Source: Candidatus Cloacimonadales bacterium
Lineage (GTDB): Bacteria > Cloacimonadota > Cloacimonadia > Cloacimonadales > JAFGVF01
Assembly (NCBI GenBank): GCA_963678315.1
Contig: OY782781.1
Coordinates: forward strand, 1,280,001 to 1,344,000
Direction of reading: 5' to 3'
DNA length: 64,000 nt
Shown here: positions 59,723 through 64,000 of the stretch, piece by piece
Layout of the letters: each line of letters begins with the position of its first letter
How positions within the stretch are numbered: position 1 is the stretch's first letter
Position numbers and translations under genes: made by a program
Notes under the pieces: generated by a model
Told to the model about the DNA's origin: nothing
The model's input: the letters and a program-made list of their open reading frames with translations, nothing else
Databases searched by the model: none

Positions 59723-62700
59723 ATGAGAAAATTCATTATGCTAATTTGGTTATTGTTTCCTGCATTAAGTTTTGGTCTAAATAATATAGAGGGCATCGAT
59801 AAGTGTGACGGTTCTATAGATAATCCTTATCTTGTTTATGATAATGAGGATTTGCTAGCAATTATGAACAATCCAGAATTATGGGATAAGCACTTTATTC
59901 AGGAAAAAGATATTTCTTTTCAGGATATAGCAAGTTTATATGACTTATCTCCTATTGGAAATATCAATCAAGCGTTTACTGGCTCCTATGATGGTAATTT
60001 TCATAAGATTAGCAATTTGTCTATGGATTGTCCAGACTTAGAAGGAGTGGGTTTATTTGGCGTGCTGTCAGGTGATTCAACAAAAATATGCAATCTTGGA
60101 TTAAACAATTGTAATGTAAAAGGGAAAAAATCAGTAGGAGGTCTTGTAGGGATAATAGAAGAAAACTCTGAAGTAAGTAATTGCTTTACATCTGGTGTAG
60201 TAACTTCCTCTGAAGACAATAATATAGGTGGTTTGATTGGTAAAGTTACTTCTAGAGCATCTGTTAATAAATGCTTTTCAAAAGCTTATGTATATTCCCA
60301 CAACAAGAACATTGGAGGACTTGTAGGTCTTTGTGAAGAAAATGCAATCATCACTAACTGCTATGCTTTAGGATCTGTCTTGGGACAAGAGAGAGTTGGT
60401 GGATTAGTAGGCAGAAATAGAGAAGATAGTAGGATTTCTTCTTGTTATTCTATAGGAAGTGTTTCTTCTTATAGTGATGATTATGTTAATGGTTTAGTTG
60501 GAAGAAATCAAGCAATTGTAGAGAATTCATATTTTGATGTAAATACCTCTAACTGCTGTAATAACAACGCTGGTATAGGGCTTACTACTGATCTATTAAA
60601 AGAATCTTTAAGCTACAATAATTGGGATTTTGACAATACATGGAGACTTGATCTTGATATTAATGAAGGCTATCCTAGCTTAACATGGCAAGAAGAAGGG
60701 GCTTTACCAAACTTACCCGAGAATGGTCTTCTTGCTCCAGTAGTTTTTTCACATGAGGCAGGATTCTATAATGATGAATTTGAGTTAGAACTAAGCCATT
60801 CAAACACAAGTGGCTTCATTATCTATACCATAGATGGATCAGAACCTGATATAAAAAATATCAATGGTTCAACTTATAGATATAAGAAATTCTATCCAAG
60901 GTTTCCAGAAGATGACTTTGGAGAATTCTTTGAAAATCAAATAAATTCTGATATATATGTTAATCCTATTCCAATATATAATAGAAGCTTTGAAGATGAT
61001 AAGCTATCTCAGATACCATCAAATTTCTATAATTATGACTGGGAAATCCCGAATCAGCCTTCAGAGAAAGGAATTGTTGTAAAAGCGAAAGTGTATTATT
61101 CAGATAACCTACAATCTGAAACTATTACAAATACTTATTTTGTTGGCTTAGATAGAATTGAAGATTCAGATTTACCTGTAATTTCAATCTCACTAGATGA
61201 AGATGGACTATTTGATTATGATGAGGGTATCTATGTGCCAGGACAGTATTTTGATAATTGGAGAATTTGTTGTCCAGATAATACAGCTTCAAATTGGACA
61301 TACGCTAATTATCATCTTACAGGTGAGAACTCTGAAAGAAAAGCTTACTTTGAATATTTTGATAATGATTCTAATAGAGCAGATTTATCTCAATATATTG
61401 GTTTAAGACTACATGGAGGAGCAAGTAGAGCATTCAACCAAAAAAGCTTAAGACTATACAGCCGTGGAGACTATGGTCAATCTAAATTTGATTATAAACT
61501 GTTTGATGAGTTGGATGATTGTAGTTTCGATAAAGTGATTCTAAGGAATTCTGGTTCTGATTATTGTAGAGCTTTCTTAAGGGATCCATTAGTCCATAAA
61601 ATTACTAGACATTCAGGCATAGATTCTCAAGCTTATCAACCAATCATTTTATTCATAAATGGCGAATATTGGGGTCTTCATAATATGAGAGAACGAATTG
61701 ACTGTGACTACTTAGCTAGAAAGTATGATATTAATCCAAACAACATAGATCTTATTTCAAGGCGAAATGAAAATGTAGCTGGAACTCTTTCAGCATGGAA
61801 TGACTTACTTGAATATCTTAGAGCTAATACACTTGAAGGAAGAGAAGAGTATGAGCATGTAGCAAATCTAGTAGATATTGATAATTATACTAAATATTTT
61901 ATAACCGAAATCTTCATTGATAATACAGATTGGCCCTGGAATAATGTTAAATGCTGGAGAGTTAATAACATGGCAGAAGGAGATGATAATAATCCCTACA
62001 ATGATGGTCGATGGAGATGGTTATTATTTGATACTGATTATGCTTATGGATTGTGCGAAGGTAATGAAGCAATATCCAATACAACACTGGGGAATACTCT
62101 ACAATGGGATTATGATGATTCTTGGGAAAATCTCTTAATAAGAAGACTACTAACTAATCATATTTATCGTGATTATTTTATTAACACATTTGCCGATATG
62201 ATGAATACTACTTTTGATGGACAAAGAAGCGAAGCCATTCTTAACGAAATGCACGATAACATTATAGCTGAAATTCCTTATCAATCACAGAGATGGGGTA
62301 GATTAGCTTCTGTTAGTAGCTGGGAATCCAAAATAGATGTGATAAGATACTTTCTCAATCATAGGAGAGATGAGCAATTCCAGCAACTAGTAGATTACTT
62401 CCAATTAGATGGTATCTATGATTTGGATATATATGTCTCAGATACTCAACAAGGATATGTTACTGTTAACGATAACAATATCTTAGATTCTATATTAGAT
62501 GAAAGAAATAGAAGTATAGAATGGCATGGGTCATATTTCAATAATAAGACCATTACAATTGAAGCCATTCCTAATGAAGGATATAAATTTAGTCACTGGA
62601 ATGATGAACAAGATTCTTTAGCTACAAAGGTCATTCACCCTAATGATGATGTTCACTTAGAAGCACATTTTGAACTTATACAGACTGATAGGATAAAAGA

Positions 62701-62974
62701 TATAGAAGCTGTGACTCTTTCAAAGGCCTATCCAAATCCATTTAGAAGTAAGACAAAGATAGACTTTTATTCTCCTAATCACAATAGTAATTTGAAGATA
62801 TATAATATTCGAGGAGAATTAGTTAAGGAATTTAAATCTCATGAGAAAGGCAATAGTTCGATAATCTGGGATGGGACTAACAATAATAACAAAGAAGTAG
62901 CTTCGGGAGTATATCTTTATAGGTTAGATAATTCTGCAGGTAATAAAACTAACAAAGTTCTTTACATAAAATAA
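59723..62974 (+). CDS. Secreted CotH-family kinase with GLUG-like repeats, FN3-associated domain and FlgD-Ig/T9SS-like CTD
   Basis: Signal peptide, VGGLVG repeats, FSHEAGFY...IYTIDGSEP, RLHGGASR..QKSLRLY, NTDWPWNN, WRWLLFDTDY, YPNPF...VASGVYLY. Confidence 0.85.
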   Translation: MRKFIMLIWLLFPALSFGLNNIEGIDKCDGSIDNPYLVYDNEDLLAIMNNPELWDKHFIQEKDISFQDIASLYDLSPIGNINQAFTGSYDGNFHKISNLSMDCPDLEGVGLFGVLSGDSTKICNLGLNNCNVKGKKSVGGLVGIIEENSEVSNCFTSGVVTSSEDNNIGGLIGKVTSRASVNKCFSKAYVYSHNKNIGGLVGLCEENAIITNCYALGSVLGQERVGGLVGRNREDSRISSCYSIGSVSSYSDDYVNGLVGRNQAIVENSYFDVNTSNCCNNNAGIGLTTDLLKESLSYNNWDFDNTWRLDLDINEGYPSLTWQEEGALPNLPENGLLAPVVFSHEAGFYNDEFELELSHSNTSGFIIYTIDGSEPDIKNINGSTYRYKKFYPRFPEDDFGEFFENQINSDIYVNPIPIYNRSFEDDKLSQIPSNFYNYDWEIPNQPSEKGIVVKAKVYYSDNLQSETITNTYFVGLDRIEDSDLPVISISLDEDGLFDYDEGIYVPGQYFDNWRICCPDNTASNWTYANYHLTGENSERKAYFEYFDNDSNRADLSQYIGLRLHGGASRAFNQKSLRLYSRGDYGQSKFDYKLFDELDDCSFDKVILRNSGSDYCRAFLRDPLVHKITRHSGIDSQAYQPIILFINGEYWGLHNMRERIDCDYLARKYDINPNNIDLISRRNENVAGTLSAWNDLLEYLRANTLEGREEYEHVANLVDIDNYTKYFITEIFIDNTDWPWNNVKCWRVNNMAEGDDNNPYNDGRWRWLLFDTDYAYGLCEGNEAISNTTLGNTLQWDYDDSWENLLIRRLLTNHIYRDYFINTFADMMNTTFDGQRSEAILNEMHDNIIAEIPYQSQRWGRLASVSSWESKIDVIRYFLNHRRDEQFQQLVDYFQLDGIYDLDIYVSDTQQGYVTVNDNNILDSILDERNRSIEWHGSYFNNKTITIEAIPNEGYKFSHWNDEQDSLATKVIHPNDDVHLEAHFELIQTDRIKDIEAVTLSKAYPNPFRSKTKIDFYSPNHNSNLKIYNIRGELVKEFKSHEKGNSSIIWDGTNNNNKEVASGVYLYRLDNSAGNKTNKVLYIK

Positions 62975-63062
62975 GTTGGATACTGATAGAATGAACTTAT
63001 TTTGCTTGACATTTATATAATTGTGATGTAATAAAGATTCATATAATTATGGAGGATTTTAA

Positions 63063-63938
63063 ATGAAACTATTGGGAAAATGTTCTTATATATTTATTGC
63101 CATTGCTGCCTTGAGTATAAGCACTCTAAATGCTACTCAAAGGGAAGACCAAGATGTTGTTATAAATGAGATTTGTTATAAGGCTCATGATGATTTTGAT
63201 ACAGGAGATTGGGTTGAATTATATAATAGGTCAACTCAAGCAATAGATATCAGCCAATGGCAGTTCAAAGATGAAGATGACCAGCACATTTTCGAACTTC
63301 CAGATAACACTATTATGGAAGCAGATTCCTATCTTGTTTTATATAAAGATTCCCTTCTTTTTAATGCTCTTTATCCAGACCTAGAAAATGCAATTGGACC
63401 AATAGGCTTCGGTTTTGCAGGTGGGGGAGAGCTTCTTAGACTCTATAACAGTGATGCAACTATTGTTGATTCTGTAATGTACGATGATGAAGGTGATTGG
63501 CCTACAGAAGCTGATGGTAACGGTTCGACTCTGGAACTAATCAATGCTTATTCTGATAACTATCTAGCTGCAAGCTGGAGAGCTTCAGTAGGTAGTGGAA
63601 CTCCTGGTAGCATAAACACTGCTACCCCAAATAGCAACAATGAAGTTATGCTTCCTGAAATCGTTGCTTCAGCATATCCTAATCCTTTTTCTTTAAGCAA
63701 TGAATCAGCAACAATAAACTATAAGTTAGCCAACAATAGCATTGTTGATATTTCTATATATAATATTAAAGGTCAGTTAGTTAAGAATCTTACTAATAGC
63801 TATGAAAGTGCTGGCGATAATTCTGTTCAATGGAATGGATTAAATGCTAACAATAAAAGAGTATCTTCGGGTATTTACTTTGCTAGAATTAACACAGAGA
63901 CTTCTACTATCTCAACCAAAATTGTTGTTTTGAAATAA
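63063..63938 (+). CDS. Secreted lamin-tail-domain protein with FlgD-Ig/T9SS-like CTD
   Basis: VVINEICY, DWVELYN, IDISQWQF.D, GTPGSIN; YPNPF...IYNIKGQLV...VSSGIYF. Confidence 0.85.
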   Translation: MKLLGKCSYIFIAIAALSISTLNATQREDQDVVINEICYKAHDDFDTGDWVELYNRSTQAIDISQWQFKDEDDQHIFELPDNTIMEADSYLVLYKDSLLFNALYPDLENAIGPIGFGFAGGGELLRLYNSDATIVDSVMYDDEGDWPTEADGNGSTLELINAYSDNYLAASWRASVGSGTPGSINTATPNSNNEVMLPEIVASAYPNPFSLSNESATINYKLANNSIVDISIYNIKGQLVKNLTNSYESAGDNSVQWNGLNANNKRVSSGIYFARINTETSTISTKIVVLK

Positions 63939-63958
63939 TCTAATAAGCAGAATTTGAT

Positions 63959-63989
63959 AAAGGACGTATCTATATGACACGTCCTTTTT
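63959..63989 (+). terminator. Rho-independent terminator
   Basis: AAAGGACGT...ACGTCCTTTTT. Confidence 0.7.
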
Positions 63990-64000
63990 GCTTTGAGTTA

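Noticed and set aside
832..62138. Many 60-123 aa ORFs antisense or out of frame within long genes (for example 16602-16883, 46280-46651, 57832-58125)
   Set aside because: They overlap well-supported genes and have no motifs; expected shadow ORFs.
1..64000. tRNA, rRNA, transposase, integrase or prophage genes
   Set aside because: None recognisable by eye; a tRNAscan/Rfam/ISfinder run would be needed to exclude small or divergent elements.

Overview
AT-rich bacterial chromosome segment. It most likely comes from an anaerobic diderm of the Cloacimonadota/FCB type; this is inferred from the many secreted proteins ending in FlgD-Ig/T9SS-like C-terminal domains, a PorV-family gene, BamD and a GT9 heptosyltransferase. 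Contents in order: the end of a Wzx/Wzy polysaccharide locus; a glycogen-type cluster (GH133-GT4-GH57); fadD, hisC, a parvulin and glyQ; a long minus-strand run (degenerate M6 protease, PorV-like, S8 protease, HEAT-repeat protein, greA, M18 peptidase, cpoB, bamD, nadD); TetR-MBL; a secreted GLUG-like protein; hsp20 with a CIRCE-like site; an Rrf2-headed seven-gene hcp cluster; a FabX-like flavoprotein; rpsU / cvpA-mutS2-dnaG-rpoD; an AAA_21 ATPase + HEPN pair; and secreted CotH and lamin-tail proteins. No rRNA, tRNA, CRISPR array or transposase was seen. Best leads: (1) a permease-less cassette of SBP-like protein, HypB/UreG-like GTPase, ABC ATPase and HypA-like Zn-finger protein directly upstream of hcp, with two matching operator-like sites, a candidate metallocluster assembly/repair system; (2) an M6-like protein lacking all three zinc ligands, next to PorV and an intact S8 protease; (3) an ATPase-HEPN candidate defence pair; (4) four intergenic mosaics built from shared REP-like hairpin modules; (5) a debranching enzyme that appears to lack a catalytic Glu. 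All family calls come from motif recognition by eye; no searches were run.
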